A stretch of 64,000 nucleotides of DNA. Source: an uncultured delta proteobacterium. Its GTDB lineage: Bacteria; Myxococcota_A; Polyangia; Haliangiales; Haliangiaceae. The position numbers and the translations under genes are program-made. How positions within the stretch are numbered: the first letter of the stretch is position 1; each line of letters starts with the position of its first letter. The notes beneath the pieces are model-generated. The model was not told the origin of the DNA. It saw only the letters and a program-made list of their open reading frames with translations, and searched no databases. Location: positions 4,512,001 to 4,576,000 of the forward strand of contig CAWKDB010000010.1 in NCBI GenBank assembly GCA_963848295.1. Reading direction: 5' to 3'. Shown piece by piece: positions 20,901 to 30,300 of the stretch.

Positions 20901-22761
20901 ACGCGACCACCTGCTGAGCCGCGCGCAACGACATCGAACATTCGGCGGCGACCCACGCCGAGATCAGCAGCGGATCGTTGCCCGCGGTGATCCGCTCGTC
21001 GAGTTGCTGGCGCAGCGCCGAGACCTCGTCGGACAGCTCGCGCGTGCGCGCCGGCGCTTCGCCGAACCAGAACGGGATCGTCGGCGGTTGGCCCTTCGCA
21101 TCTTCGACCAGCACGCGGCCCGCTTCGATCCGGCGAATTCGCCACGACGTGTTGCCGAGCTGGAAGATGTCGCCGGCCGAGCTCTCGATCGCGAAGTCTT
21201 CGTCGACCGTCCCGACCTGGGTCTCCTCGGGCCACTGGATGACGTTGTAGTTGTTGTTATCGGGAATCGCGCCGCCCGACGTGATCGCCGCGAGTCGCGC
21301 ACCGCGTCGTCCGCGCAGCACGCCGGCGATGCGGTCGCGATGGACATGCGCGCCGGTGCGCCCGCGGCGATCGGACACGCCCTCGGCGAGCATGACGAGC
21401 ACTTGCTCGAGCTGCGCGTCGGGAAGCTCGGCGTACGGCGTGGCGCGGCGGACGAGCGCGACCAGCTCCGGCTCGCTGATCTCCTCGGCGGCGCAGATCG
21501 CGACGATCTGCTGCGCCAGGATATCGAGCGGCGCTTCGCGCAACGCGATGCGATCGAGGTTGCCGTGGCGGATACCGCGGACGAGCGCGGCGCACTCCAT
21601 CAGCTGATCGCGGGTGAGCGCGAACAGTCGCCCCTTGGGGGTTCCCCCGAGGTTGTGGCCCGAGCGGCCGACGCGTTGCAGCAGCGTCGCGATCGAACGC
21701 GGCGAGCCGATTTGGACGACGAGATCGACGGTGCCGACGTCGATGCCGAGCTCGAGCGAAGCGGTCGCAACCGCGCACTTCACTTGGCCATGCTTGAGCC
21801 GCTGCTCGGCGGCGAGCCGCAGCGTGCGCGACATCGAGCCGTGGTGCGCGACGACATGCTCCTCGCCGAGCCGTTGCTCGAGCGCCGCGGCGACGCGCTC
21901 CACCAACCGTCGAGTATTCACGAACACGATCGTCGAGCGGTGCGCGGTCACGAGCTCCGCGATTCGATCGTAGACCCGGCCGAACTGCTCGTTCGAGGCG
22001 ACCGCACCGAGCTCGTCGTCGGTGATCTCGATCGCGAGATCGAGCTCGCGGCGATGGCCGGAGTCGACGATGTGAGGCAGCGGCCGCGCCGTCCCGACGA
22101 GCAAGCGCGCGATCCGCTCGATCGGCCGCTGGGTCGCCGACAGCCCGACGCGGACCGGCGCTCGCCCGGTCGTGGTCGTCACCAACCGATCCAGCCGTTC
22201 GAGCGACAGCGCGAGGTGACAGCCGCGCTTGTCGCCGGCGACCGCGTGGATCTCGTCGACGATCACGGTGTCGACGTGCGCGAGCGCGGCGCGCCCGCTC
22301 TGGCTCGTCAGCAAGATGTAGAGCGACTCCGGCGTCGTCACCAGGATGTGCGGCGGATGCTTCGCCATCTTCGCGCGCTCGCCGGCCGGCGTGTCACCGG
22401 TGCGGACCGCGACGCGGATCGGCGGGAACTTCACGCCGTCCTTCGCGGCACGCTCGGCGAGCTCGGCGAGCGGCGCTTCGAGGTTGCGATGGACGTCGTT
22501 CGACAACGCCTTGAGCGGCGATACGTAGAGGATCGCGGTGCGATCCGGCAGCGGTCCGGCGAGTCCGCGGCAGACGAGCTGATCCATGCACGACAAGAAC
22601 GCGGCGAGCGTCTTGCCCGATCCGGTCGGCGCCGCGATCAGGACGTCTTCGCGCGCGGCGATCTTCGGCCAGCCGACGCGTTGCGCCTCGGTCGGCGCGC
22701 CGAACCGGTCGCGAAACCAGCCAGCGACGAGCGGGTGAAACCCGTCGAGGACATCGAGCAT
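17923..22761 (-). CDS. lhr: Lhr family ATP-dependent helicase (long form)
   Basis: APTGSGKT, SPLKALSND, TTPESL, DEIH, SAT, HHGS, QRVGRSGH, ITSGGAIPD; C-terminal LLRRYGVVFR and RLEARGEIRGGRF. Confidence 0.93.
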   Translation of the reverse strand: MLDVLDGFHPLVAGWFRDRFGAPTEAQRVGWPKIAAREDVLIAAPTGSGKTLAAFLSCMDQLVCRGLAGPLPDRTAILYVSPLKALSNDVHRNLEAPLAELAERAAKDGVKFPPIRVAVRTGDTPAGERAKMAKHPPHILVTTPESLYILLTSQSGRAALAHVDTVIVDEIHAVAGDKRGCHLALSLERLDRLVTTTTGRAPVRVGLSATQRPIERIARLLVGTARPLPHIVDSGHRRELDLAIEITDDELGAVASNEQFGRVYDRIAELVTAHRSTIVFVNTRRLVERVAAALEQRLGEEHVVAHHGSMSRTLRLAAEQRLKHGQVKCAVATASLELGIDVGTVDLVVQIGSPRSIATLLQRVGRSGHNLGGTPKGRLFALTRDQLMECAALVRGIRHGNLDRIALREAPLDILAQQIVAICAAEEISEPELVALVRRATPYAELPDAQLEQVLVMLAEGVSDRRGRTGAHVHRDRIAGVLRGRRGARLAAITSGGAIPDNNNYNVIQWPEETQVGTVDEDFAIESSAGDIFQLGNTSWRIRRIEAGRVLVEDAKGQPPTIPFWFGEAPARTRELSDEVSALRQQLDERITAGNDPLLISAWVAAECSMSLRAAQQVVAYMTASRAALGALPRGDLIIAERFFDEAGGMQLVLHSPLGGRINRAWGLALRKKFCVSFDFELQASATDDGIVISLGQPHSFALDSVFAYVPSGQARETLVQALLDRPMFEIRWRWNVTRSLAVLRRKNGKKVPPHLIKMRAADTLSVVFPQALACGENIVGPREVPDHPLVFETVRDCLVEAMDVEGLRGMLEQLESGAIQVMTRDTVEPSPLSHELLNANPYAFLDDAPLEERRTRAVQLRRGLPAEAVEASGQLDDAAIALASEEVAPTVRDIDELHDALLALWLLPEPAAEALAPRDWFETLARAGRACRLRWTNGDSDCAAWVATERLGAARAMLGEAVECTPAIGTPAWADVPEREAAIVKLIGSHLDHRGPIGSRALAAELGLPLPDVLAALLALEADGAILRGSFSAPPRSVKQALAEIDDALADVEWCNRRVLARIHRLTLARLRREIEPVSAAALMRFLLRWQRVARHTQVIGADGLARVVEQLQGFETAAGAWERELLPARLHGYDPSWLDQMCLAGHVTWCRLSPRKPAAETEPEIGDASTVADVATVHAQRKPAVPANSNENPDVDLTALPPGRAHVPAIDLTAPPSDRADGRARVPAIDLTAPPSDRADGRARVSTVETPAVPVSAWDRAVARVDRSGSPLAGSPTDGPRASVEATPGAPKTRSAPSRSAPLTLMLRADSAWLRAAALSAEPPALGPIAARVRDYLASTGASFLGDLVAAIDAPPDEVEDALWELVGAGIATADGFASLRVLVDRRRGEVKSHFDRASTPPTVRKWQDAIKRARHRDRARPGHALRSLPTASGRWSLLAPAPIEAIDVEASARQLLRRYGVVFRDLLLRESGLPPWRDLLVALRRLEARGEIRGGRFVTGFIGEQFALPEALDELRAVRNPAIGGGGEAVRIAATDPLNLVGVLSPGPRVAAIVGNAVLYLDGHPVASLEAGELVHRVPLMTGARVDEELTYFPPPRPTVTAPQAALPL
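19021..19173. repeat. 57-bp in-frame tandem repeat within lhr
   Basis: Two near-identical copies (19021-19077, 19078-19134) plus a degenerate third; encodes PAIDLTAPPSDRADGRARV. Confidence 0.9.
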
Positions 22762-22819
22762 GCAGACGCCGAGAGTACCTCACCGCGGCCGATCCGGCAT
22801 GAGGAGATCTCCTCGGTCG

Positions 22820-23395
22820 CTACGGCGCGGCGGCGGGCATCGCGATCGGACGGATGCTGTCGCACAGGGTCGCCGAGTCGAGCGCGGGACGGAATGACCG
22901 GGTCAGGTATGCGAAGTCATCGTCCGCGTGGGTGTCGCCGAGTTGGCGCCGGATACAAGTCGCGCGGATCATCAGGTCCTTTGCGTGCTTGTCGCCGGCG
23001 TAGTTCTTCGCGAACGTTTCGTAAGCATCGGCCGCGCGATCGAACAGCGCGGCAGCTTCGCAGGCGCTACCGAGATCGCGCTGCGCTTCGCTCGCATTCG
23101 GGCTCTTGGGCGCGTACCTGAGGAACACGATCCAGTTATGGATCGCCGCGCCGAGCGCGCCGGCAGTGCGGAAGCACTTCGCGGCAAGCGCGGTTCGCTC
23201 GATCTCGTGCTGGGGATCCTTGTTGTACTCGTCGAGAATCAAGCTGCACATGGACGTGTCGGGCGCGACCTTCGGCAGGGCCGCTCGGACCGCCGTGGTG
23301 ATCGCGGTGATCTGGGGCTTGCTCAGCGCCTCCTTGTAGGGCGCCGCGGAGACCGTGGCGGTGAGCGCGAGGGTGACCACGAGAACGCGAGACAT
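22820..23395 (-). CDS. Secreted TPR-like protein
   Basis: Signal peptide; YAPKSPNASEAQRDLG and AADAYETFAKNY resemble YfiO/TPR helices. Confidence 0.6.
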   Translation of the reverse strand: MSRVLVVTLALTATVSAAPYKEALSKPQITAITTAVRAALPKVAPDTSMCSLILDEYNKDPQHEIERTALAAKCFRTAGALGAAIHNWIVFLRYAPKSPNASEAQRDLGSACEAAALFDRAADAYETFAKNYAGDKHAKDLMIRATCIRRQLGDTHADDDFAYLTRSFRPALDSATLCDSIRPIAMPAAAP

Positions 23396-23451
23396 GCGCG
23401 CTACCGTAGCTCAGCGCGGACGGTGGCGGCCATGCATATACTCGCGCCGCC

Positions 23452-24474
23452 ATGCGCTATCCCCTCGCCGCGATCATCATCGGGCTGACCTCGTTTGCCT
23501 GCGGCAAGCACGCCGCGCCCGCGTCCGGATCCGCCGGCTCGGCGGCGCCGCCGGCTGGTTCTGGATCGGCCGGTTCGGGCACGGCCGCACCCGCCGCGCC
23601 AGCCGTCGCGTCGCTGGTCGCCGATCCGGTGCCGCAGAGCGAGGCGCACGCGCTCGCGCTCGCGACGTGCCCGAGACTCGATCACCCGACGTACTTCGCG
23701 ATCTCGAGAGCCGGCAAGAGCTCTCACATGTTCGGCACCCGCCATTTCGGCATCGGCATCGATCGCATCCCGCCGCAGATCGTCGCCGACATCGAAGCCG
23801 CGAAGGTCGCGTACTTCGAGACGCCGCCGGGCGACGATGGCTCGGTCAAAGATCCCGTCGTCGATCTGCCGGCGATGCTAGGCGCACCGGCGTGGCGCCA
23901 CTTGCGCGAGCTGATCGGCACCGACAAGGCGGGTCAGCTCGAGCACATGCCCCCGATGTTCGCGGCGGTGCTGTTGCCTTCGCTCTACGAAGATCTCACC
24001 GACGCGCTCGACGACGAGCTCGCGAACGCGGCGACCGACGCGAAGGTCCCGACGAAAGGGCTCGAGTCGGGATTGTTCCAGGATCAGGTGCTGCACCAGA
24101 CCTTCACCACGGACGTCGCCCGCGCGATCATCATGGCGACGAAGACGCGCGACGAGATCAAGACCGCGACGGTCAAGGAGCTCGGTGACTATTGCGCCGG
24201 CCATCCCGGCAACGGCGGGTTCGACGATCTGACTCGGCACTACTTCGCGGTCGCCGGCTACGACGCCAAGAAGATCGACGCGATCGAGTCCGAGCTCGTG
24301 TTCGATCGAACGAGCAAGTGGGTGCCCGAGCTCGAGCCGGCGCTCGCCGCGGGCGGTGCGTTCATCGCGATCGGCGCCGATCACATCGTCGGCGACAAGG
24401 GGCTCGCGAGCCTGTTGACCAAAGCCGGCTACAAGGTCACGCCGGTGAGCTTCCCGCTGCCGTCAGCGAAGTAG
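23452..24474 (+). CDS. TraB/GumN family lipoprotein
   Basis: Lipobox SFAC; SHMFGTRH, KGLES, AFIAIGADHIVGDKGL. Confidence 0.85.
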   Translation: MRYPLAAIIIGLTSFACGKHAAPASGSAGSAAPPAGSGSAGSGTAAPAAPAVASLVADPVPQSEAHALALATCPRLDHPTYFAISRAGKSSHMFGTRHFGIGIDRIPPQIVADIEAAKVAYFETPPGDDGSVKDPVVDLPAMLGAPAWRHLRELIGTDKAGQLEHMPPMFAAVLLPSLYEDLTDALDDELANAATDAKVPTKGLESGLFQDQVLHQTFTTDVARAIIMATKTRDEIKTATVKELGDYCAGHPGNGGFDDLTRHYFAVAGYDAKKIDAIESELVFDRTSKWVPELEPALAAGGAFIAIGADHIVGDKGLASLLTKAGYKVTPVSFPLPSAK

Positions 24475-25089
24475 CGAGCGGTCCTTCGTGTAGTGGTAGC
24501 GCAGCTGATCGTCGTCGTAGCGATACGCGCGGCCGACCGGGCACGCATCGCGCACCGCGAGCCACGCGCGCCAATCGTTCGGAGTCGCGAGCGCGCGAGC
24601 GAGCGCATCGGTGCACGGTGCGCCACACGTGCAGGCCGGGCGCGCGGGGTGGTTCACCGGTGGCTCGCCGGCGACGAGGATGATCGCGCGCAACGCGAAC
24701 CACGGGCCGAACGTCGGATGGATGACGAGCCCGGTCGGCGCGAGCGAGCCGAGGCCGGCCGCCATCGCGATGCGTTGAAATGGCACGAACGCGCCGTCGT
24801 ACGTGCGATGGCTGTACAGCACGCGACCGCCGTGCGCCGCCGCGATCGCGTCGATCGTCTGCTCGGTATAGCGCTCGACCGGATCGGGTGACGCGAGCAA
24901 CGCCGGATCGGCGCGGCGCGCTGCGAGGAAGATCGGCCACAACGCACGCGTGTTACCGACGAGCACGCCGACCGGCCGCGCCTGATCCACGATCTCGACC
25001 TCGGTCGGAGGCGACAGCACGCGTGACGCCGCCGCAGCATCGAAGCGATGCGCGATGTCGAAGCCGGCGGCGGTGAGAGCGGGCACCAC
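24463..25089 (-). CDS. MMACHC/CblC-like protein (possible cobalamin processing)
   Basis: VLVGNTRALWPIF, PDPVERY, PFQRIAMAAGLG, LVIHPTFGPWFALRA, VRDACPVGRAYRY. Confidence 0.65.
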   Translation of the reverse strand: MVPALTAAGFDIAHRFDAAAASRVLSPPTEVEIVDQARPVGVLVGNTRALWPIFLAARRADPALLASPDPVERYTEQTIDAIAAAHGGRVLYSHRTYDGAFVPFQRIAMAAGLGSLAPTGLVIHPTFGPWFALRAIILVAGEPPVNHPARPACTCGAPCTDALARALATPNDWRAWLAVRDACPVGRAYRYDDDQLRYHYTKDRSLLR

Positions 25090-25115
25090 GCCGCGACTGT
25101 GCCATCATCGCGACC

Positions 25116-25940
25116 GTGACGGCGCGTTTGCATCGCGAGACCGTGAGCCACGGGGCGGCCGCGGCGCCGGCGCCGACGCGTTGGTTGCTGCTGACCCACG
25201 GGTTTCTCGGGTCCGGCGGCAACTGGCGCGGGATCGCGCGCAAGCTCGTCGACCGCCGGCCCGATTGGGGGGTCGTGCTCGTCGATCTCCGGCACCACGG
25301 CCGGTCCGAGCCAGGCGATGACCCGCCGACGCTCGATGCCTGCGCGCACGATCTGCTCGCGCTGTGGAGCGACTTCGCGATCGCCGCGATCGCGGGCCAT
25401 AGCTTCGGCGGCAAGGTCGTGCTCGCGACGCGCGCGCTCGCGGCGGCGACGTTGCTCCAGACCTGGATGCTCGACGCGTCGCCGAGCTCGCATCCCGATC
25501 TGCGTCGCGATCCCGCGAACACCGTCGTGCGCGTGCTCGCCGAGCTCGAGCGGCTACCGAGGACGTGGGGCAAGCGCGAAGACTTCGTCGCCGCAGTCGT
25601 CGCCGCTGGCTTCGAGCAACCGTTCGCGCAGTGGCTCGCGATGAACGTCGTGCCGCAGCCGGGTGGCGGCTATGGACTGCGCCTCGATCTCGCCGCGATG
25701 CACGCGTTGCTCGACGACTACTACGCGCGCGATCTGTGGCCACAGCTGCTCGCACCCGAGCCCGGCGAGGTCGAGCTCGTCATCGCGAGCCGGCAGTCGG
25801 CGGTCAGCCAAGACGATCAGCTCCAGCTCGAAGGCGCGCCGGCGCACGTCCACGTCCATCACGTCGCCTCGGGCCATTGGCTCAACCTCGACGCGCCCGA
25901 AGCGATCGTCGGGCTGTTCACCGACCTGCTGCCGCGCTGA
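25116..25940 (+). CDS. Alpha/beta hydrolase (YbfF/ABHD11-like)
   Basis: HGFLGSGGNW, DLRHHGRS, GHSFGGK nucleophile elbow, SGHWL. Confidence 0.9.
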   Translation: MTARLHRETVSHGAAAAPAPTRWLLLTHGFLGSGGNWRGIARKLVDRRPDWGVVLVDLRHHGRSEPGDDPPTLDACAHDLLALWSDFAIAAIAGHSFGGKVVLATRALAAATLLQTWMLDASPSSHPDLRRDPANTVVRVLAELERLPRTWGKREDFVAAVVAAGFEQPFAQWLAMNVVPQPGGGYGLRLDLAAMHALLDDYYARDLWPQLLAPEPGEVELVIASRQSAVSQDDQLQLEGAPAHVHVHHVASGHWLNLDAPEAIVGLFTDLLPR

Positions 25941-25941
25941 C

Positions 25942-28833
25942 CTACGGGTGAGCGCGCTGCCACGCCTGAACCGCTGCCAGCTCTTTGCCCGGATTGGAAT
26001 CCGCTGGCGCCTTCAGCGCGGCGAGCCCGGCCACCGCAGACGCGGCGAGCGCGCGAGCCTCACCGCGATCGCCGTGCGAATCCCAGATCGCGCGCGCGAG
26101 CGAGAACCGGATGTCGGCGAGCGTGGTCGGATCGCCGTCGTAACCGGCGAGCAGCTTGACCGAGTGGCGCAGTGGATCGACCGCCGCGGCGGGATCACCG
26201 AGGCTGCGCTCGGCGTCGCCGATGCCGGCGAGCGCGTGAGCCTTGCCGGCGTACTCCGGCGGATCGACCTTGTCGCGGATCGCGAGCGCGATCTTGAACT
26301 CGGCCAGCGCTTCGCGCGGATGGCGGAGTGACGCTTCGAAGTCGGCGAATGCTTCGTGCGCGGCGGCGACCTCTTCGCTGTCGATGCCGACCGCGGCCTC
26401 GTCGACCTGGATCGCGCGCTGATAGCTCGCGCGCGCGTCGTCGGCGTGCCCGGAGCGCGACTGCGCATCGCCGAGCGCGGCCAAGAATTCGCCGAGCAGC
26501 TGCTGGTCTCCACCGGGACGATCGAAGATCTTAACGGCGCGGTCGAGCGCGACGACGGCCTCGGCCGGCCGCTCGAGCATCGTCAGCGCCATGCCGCGGC
26601 CGCCGAGGATGCGTCCGACCTCGAGATGGTCGGGCCCGAGCCGTGGCTCCGCGATCGCGAGCGCGCGATCGAAGCTCGCGAGCGCCTCGGTCCATTTGCC
26701 TTGGTTGTACTGGATGGTTCCGATCCCGCCGAGCACGGTCGCGATCTCTGGATGGTCAGCGCCGATCGCGGTCTCGAGGATCGCTCTCGCATGGTTGCCG
26801 AGCTCGAGTGCCTTGCCATTATCGCCGAGCGTCATCATGGCGCGCGACAGGTTCGCCAACGCCTCGCCGGCACCGCGGCTGTTCGCGCCGCCCGATCTGA
26901 CCTTGAGATCGTAGGCCGCTTGATACGCCGCACGCGCGTCCTCGTATTTATCCTGGTTCCAGAAGATCCCGGCGCGAGCGCCGGTGATCCGCGACTCGAT
27001 CTCGAGATCGCCACCAGCGCGCTTGAGCGCGGTGTCGGCCTGAAAGGCCCACTCGAGGCCTTCAGCGTACTTGGTCTCCATCGTGCCGACCACGAACACG
27101 AGCTCGGCCGCGATGCGCGCGGCGGACACGTCGTCTCGGCCGACCTCGGCGTCGGCGTACGCCTCGCGCAGCGTCGCCTCCGCTGCGTTCTCGGCCCCGA
27201 TGCCTTCCTCGGCCTCGCCGCGCACGAACAACGCAGCGGCCCGGGTCGGCGGGTGGTCGAGCGTGCGCGCCGACTCGACGGCTTTGGTCGCCGCCGCTCG
27301 CGCCTGCGGCCACATCGCGGCGTCGCGAAACGCGCGGGCTACCGCGATCTCTTGCGTGATGGCCGCGACCGCGGCGGCGTCGCGACCGGTCGGCGGCGGC
27401 ACCGGTGCGAGCAGCGCACGGACGTTCGCGCATTCGGCGAGCGACGGCAGCGTATCGGTCGCGCCGGCGGCGTGGCCGATCGACTCGCGATCGACGTTCG
27501 AGTACGCGCCGACCAGGGCGTCGGCTTCGGCCAGCGCCTGGGCGAGGCACGCGGAGCGCAGCGTGAAGATGTGATCCGATTGCTCGCCGCGGACGCGAGT
27601 CGCCTCGCAAGCGTCGGTCTGCGCGCCGACCCAGCGCTCGCCGAACTTCGTCATCCCGTCGTCGAACGCGTGCCACGTCGTCTCCGCGAACGGCACGCCG
27701 GTCGCTGCGAACCGCGCGTGCAGAGCCTCGGCGCGTTGCGGATTCCAGATCGCGGCGAACGTCGCCGCCGCGTCGCGGCACGGCAGCTCGTGCCACGCGA
27801 TCGAACGCGTCGCGAGCGCGGTGGCGCCGACGATCGCGGTGAACGCGAAAGCGCCGATGATGATCCGCGTGCGCGTTCGCATCCGGCGCGGCGACAGGGC
27901 CGCGAGCAGCGCGGTCATCGATGCAAAGCGCTTCGCGGGATCGACGTGCAGGCCGCGTTCGAGCACCGCGGTCGCGAACGGCGGCACCTTGCGCTTGGCC
28001 GGCCCGGCCGCGGGTCCGTACGCCATCTCCTCGGGCAGGTTCACCGCGAACGGCCTCAGCCCGTGCAGCGCTTGGTAGAGCGACACGCAGAACGCGAACT
28101 GATCCGACGCGGCGTTCGCGCCGCCATCCTCGAGCTGCTCGGGCGCCATGTACGCCGGCGTGCCCACGAGCTCGGTGCCGCCGTCGTGCCCGGCCGCGAG
28201 CCCGAAGTCGACGACGCGGACTCGCCCGTCGTTGCCGACCACGACGTTCTCCGGCTTGAAGTCGCGATGGACGAGCCCGGCGTCGTGAGCGGCGGCGAGC
28301 CCGCGCCCGGCCTGGCGAAACGCGTCCAGCACCTCGTCGGTCGAATGACTCGCCTTGATCCACGCGTCGAGGCTCGTGCCTTCGACCAGCTCCATCGCGA
28401 GCGCGAGATCGCCGTCGAGCTCGCCGAGATCGAGCGCGGTGACCACGTTCGGGTGCGACAGCCTCGCGAGCGCGCGCGCTTCGCGCTGGATCCGTTCGCG
28501 ATGCGCATCGCCGGGATGCAGCAGCTTGATCGCGATCGTGCGATCGAGCTCGGGATCGTGCGCGGCGTAGACCGCGCCCATCGCGCCCTTGCCGATCTGC
28601 TCCTTCACGACGTAACGGCCGACGCGCGTGCCGGCCGCGACCGCGGGCGGGACGACCTCGCTCGGTGGCACCGGCGTGCCGGTCGCGAGCCCCAACGAGC
28701 GGCGAACCAGCTCCGAGATCAGCTTGCGACACGCTTCGCATTCCGCGGTGTGCGCGTCGATCGCCGCGCGCTGCGCGGGCGCGAGCAGCGACTCCACGAG
28801 ATCGGTGACCGTATTTTCACCGAGACACGCCAT
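25942..28833 (-). CDS. Ser/Thr protein kinase with N-terminal zf-HC2 domain, TM segment and TPRs
   Basis: MACL...AHTAECEAC; IGKGAMGAVY, HRDFKPEN, DFG, GTPAYMAPEQ; LGPDH-type TPRs. Confidence 0.92.
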   Translation of the reverse strand: MACLGENTVTDLVESLLAPAQRAAIDAHTAECEACRKLISELVRRSLGLATGTPVPPSEVVPPAVAAGTRVGRYVVKEQIGKGAMGAVYAAHDPELDRTIAIKLLHPGDAHRERIQREARALARLSHPNVVTALDLGELDGDLALAMELVEGTSLDAWIKASHSTDEVLDAFRQAGRGLAAAHDAGLVHRDFKPENVVVGNDGRVRVVDFGLAAGHDGGTELVGTPAYMAPEQLEDGGANAASDQFAFCVSLYQALHGLRPFAVNLPEEMAYGPAAGPAKRKVPPFATAVLERGLHVDPAKRFASMTALLAALSPRRMRTRTRIIIGAFAFTAIVGATALATRSIAWHELPCRDAAATFAAIWNPQRAEALHARFAATGVPFAETTWHAFDDGMTKFGERWVGAQTDACEATRVRGEQSDHIFTLRSACLAQALAEADALVGAYSNVDRESIGHAAGATDTLPSLAECANVRALLAPVPPPTGRDAAAVAAITQEIAVARAFRDAAMWPQARAAATKAVESARTLDHPPTRAAALFVRGEAEEGIGAENAAEATLREAYADAEVGRDDVSAARIAAELVFVVGTMETKYAEGLEWAFQADTALKRAGGDLEIESRITGARAGIFWNQDKYEDARAAYQAAYDLKVRSGGANSRGAGEALANLSRAMMTLGDNGKALELGNHARAILETAIGADHPEIATVLGGIGTIQYNQGKWTEALASFDRALAIAEPRLGPDHLEVGRILGGRGMALTMLERPAEAVVALDRAVKIFDRPGGDQQLLGEFLAALGDAQSRSGHADDARASYQRAIQVDEAAVGIDSEEVAAAHEAFADFEASLRHPREALAEFKIALAIRDKVDPPEYAGKAHALAGIGDAERSLGDPAAAVDPLRHSVKLLAGYDGDPTTLADIRFSLARAIWDSHGDRGEARALAASAVAGLAALKAPADSNPGKELAAVQAWQRAHP

Positions 28834-28864
28834 CGCGCCGGCGGCGAGACGCTACCATGCACGT

Positions 28865-29710
28865 GTGCGTCTCTCACGCGTGATCGTACGACAGCTGCCG
28901 ACCGAGCTGCGCCACGATCCGGACGCAGTAGACACTCGATTAGATGCGGCCCTCACCGACGCGCGCCGGCGCTGGCCGTCGGTCGAGCTCACGCCCGCGG
29001 TCTACCTCGGCTGGGTGGCCGCGCGCATCCCGGCGACCGCGCCGAGCGTCGAGCAAGCGCTCGACGGGCTGTGCCTCGCCGACCTCTACCTCGCGTGCGC
29101 CTGCGCCGCCGGCGATCCGAAGGCGCTGACCGCGTTCGAGCTCGCGTTCCTCGCCGGCGACACGCGGACCTCGGACGACGTCAAACAGCGCCTGCGCCAG
29201 CGCTTGTTCGTCCACGAGCCGGGTGCCGCGCCCGCGCGGATCGCGCTCTATGCCGGCCGCGGCGACCTGTCGCGCTGGGTGCGCGCGGCGATCGCGCGGA
29301 TGACGATCGACGAGGCGCGCGGCGCCCGCGAGATCCCGACCGAGGACGCGCTGATCGACGCGATCGGCATCGACCCGGGCCAGAGCCCGGAGCTCGCGCA
29401 CCTCAAGCAGGACGCGCGGTCGACGTTGCAGGCCGCGATCCGCGAAGCGGTGAGCAAGCTCGCAGATCGCGATCGCACGATGTTGCTCCAGCATTACATC
29501 GACGGCGTCGGGGTCGCCGAGCTCGGCAAGCTGTTCGATCTCGCGGCGTCGAACATCAGCCGGACGCTCGCGAAGGCGCGGTTGCAGCTCGTCGCCGAGA
29601 TCCGTCGGTCGTTGATGCGCGCCAAGAAGATCCGCGGCGACGAGCTCGACAGCCTCGTCGAGCTCGTGCGCAGCCAGCTCACGCTGACCAGCGGCCTGCG
29701 CAAGCGCTGA
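28865..29710 (+). CDS. Myxobacterial ECF-like sigma-70 factor
   Basis: ADLYLACACAAGDPKALTAFE, YAGRGDLSRWVR, region-4-like ELGKLFDLAASNISRTLAKAR; GTG 6 nt after TACCAT. Confidence 0.8.
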   Translation: MRLSRVIVRQLPTELRHDPDAVDTRLDAALTDARRRWPSVELTPAVYLGWVAARIPATAPSVEQALDGLCLADLYLACACAAGDPKALTAFELAFLAGDTRTSDDVKQRLRQRLFVHEPGAAPARIALYAGRGDLSRWVRAAIARMTIDEARGAREIPTEDALIDAIGIDPGQSPELAHLKQDARSTLQAAIREAVSKLADRDRTMLLQHYIDGVGVAELGKLFDLAASNISRTLAKARLQLVAEIRRSLMRAKKIRGDELDSLVELVRSQLTLTSGLRKR

Positions 29711-29777
29711 ACCGCGTTCCCGAAAAACATCGCAAAACCGCGGCCGGGTGTCCGTCTCTTGCTCAAGGAGACATCAC

Positions 29778-30272
29778 ATGAAGGCCAGCAAGTTCATCGT
29801 TCTCGTCGGCGGCATCCTCGGCATCCTCGCGTTCTTCCTCCCGCTCGTGTCGGTCACGCGCGGCAACCTCACCGGCAAGGTCAGTGCGATGCAGATCGTC
29901 AAGGGCCTCGACGCGGTCAGCGTCGCGGTCGACAGCGCCGAGGCCCACGCGTCGATGGACGTCGCGACGAGCAGCGAGGCGAAGAAGGACGTCGGCGCGA
30001 TGAAGGGCATCGTGATGGCGGTGTTCGGACCGGCGGTGCTGCTCGCGCTGATCGGCGGCCTCGGCGTCGCGCGCAAGAAGTTCGGGCGCGGCGCGGGCAC
30101 GCTGTCGCTGTTGCTCGGCCTCATCGGCCTCGGCATCGCGGCGATCCTCAAGAGCGCGGCGGAGGGCGACTCCGGCATCGGCATCACGCTGCTGCTCGTC
30201 GCCGGCATCGCCGGCGTCGTCGGTGGCGTGCTCGCCCTCGCGAAGCCCGAGCGCGCGCTCGCGACCGCGTAG
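29778..30272 (+). CDS. Integral membrane protein
   Basis: AAGGAG RBS; four hydrophobic segments. Confidence 0.75.
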   Translation: MKASKFIVLVGGILGILAFFLPLVSVTRGNLTGKVSAMQIVKGLDAVSVAVDSAEAHASMDVATSSEAKKDVGAMKGIVMAVFGPAVLLALIGGLGVARKKFGRGAGTLSLLLGLIGLGIAAILKSAAEGDSGIGITLLLVAGIAGVVGGVLALAKPERALATA

Positions 30273-30300
30273 ACCTCGTCCCAACTTCTCACCCACCGGA

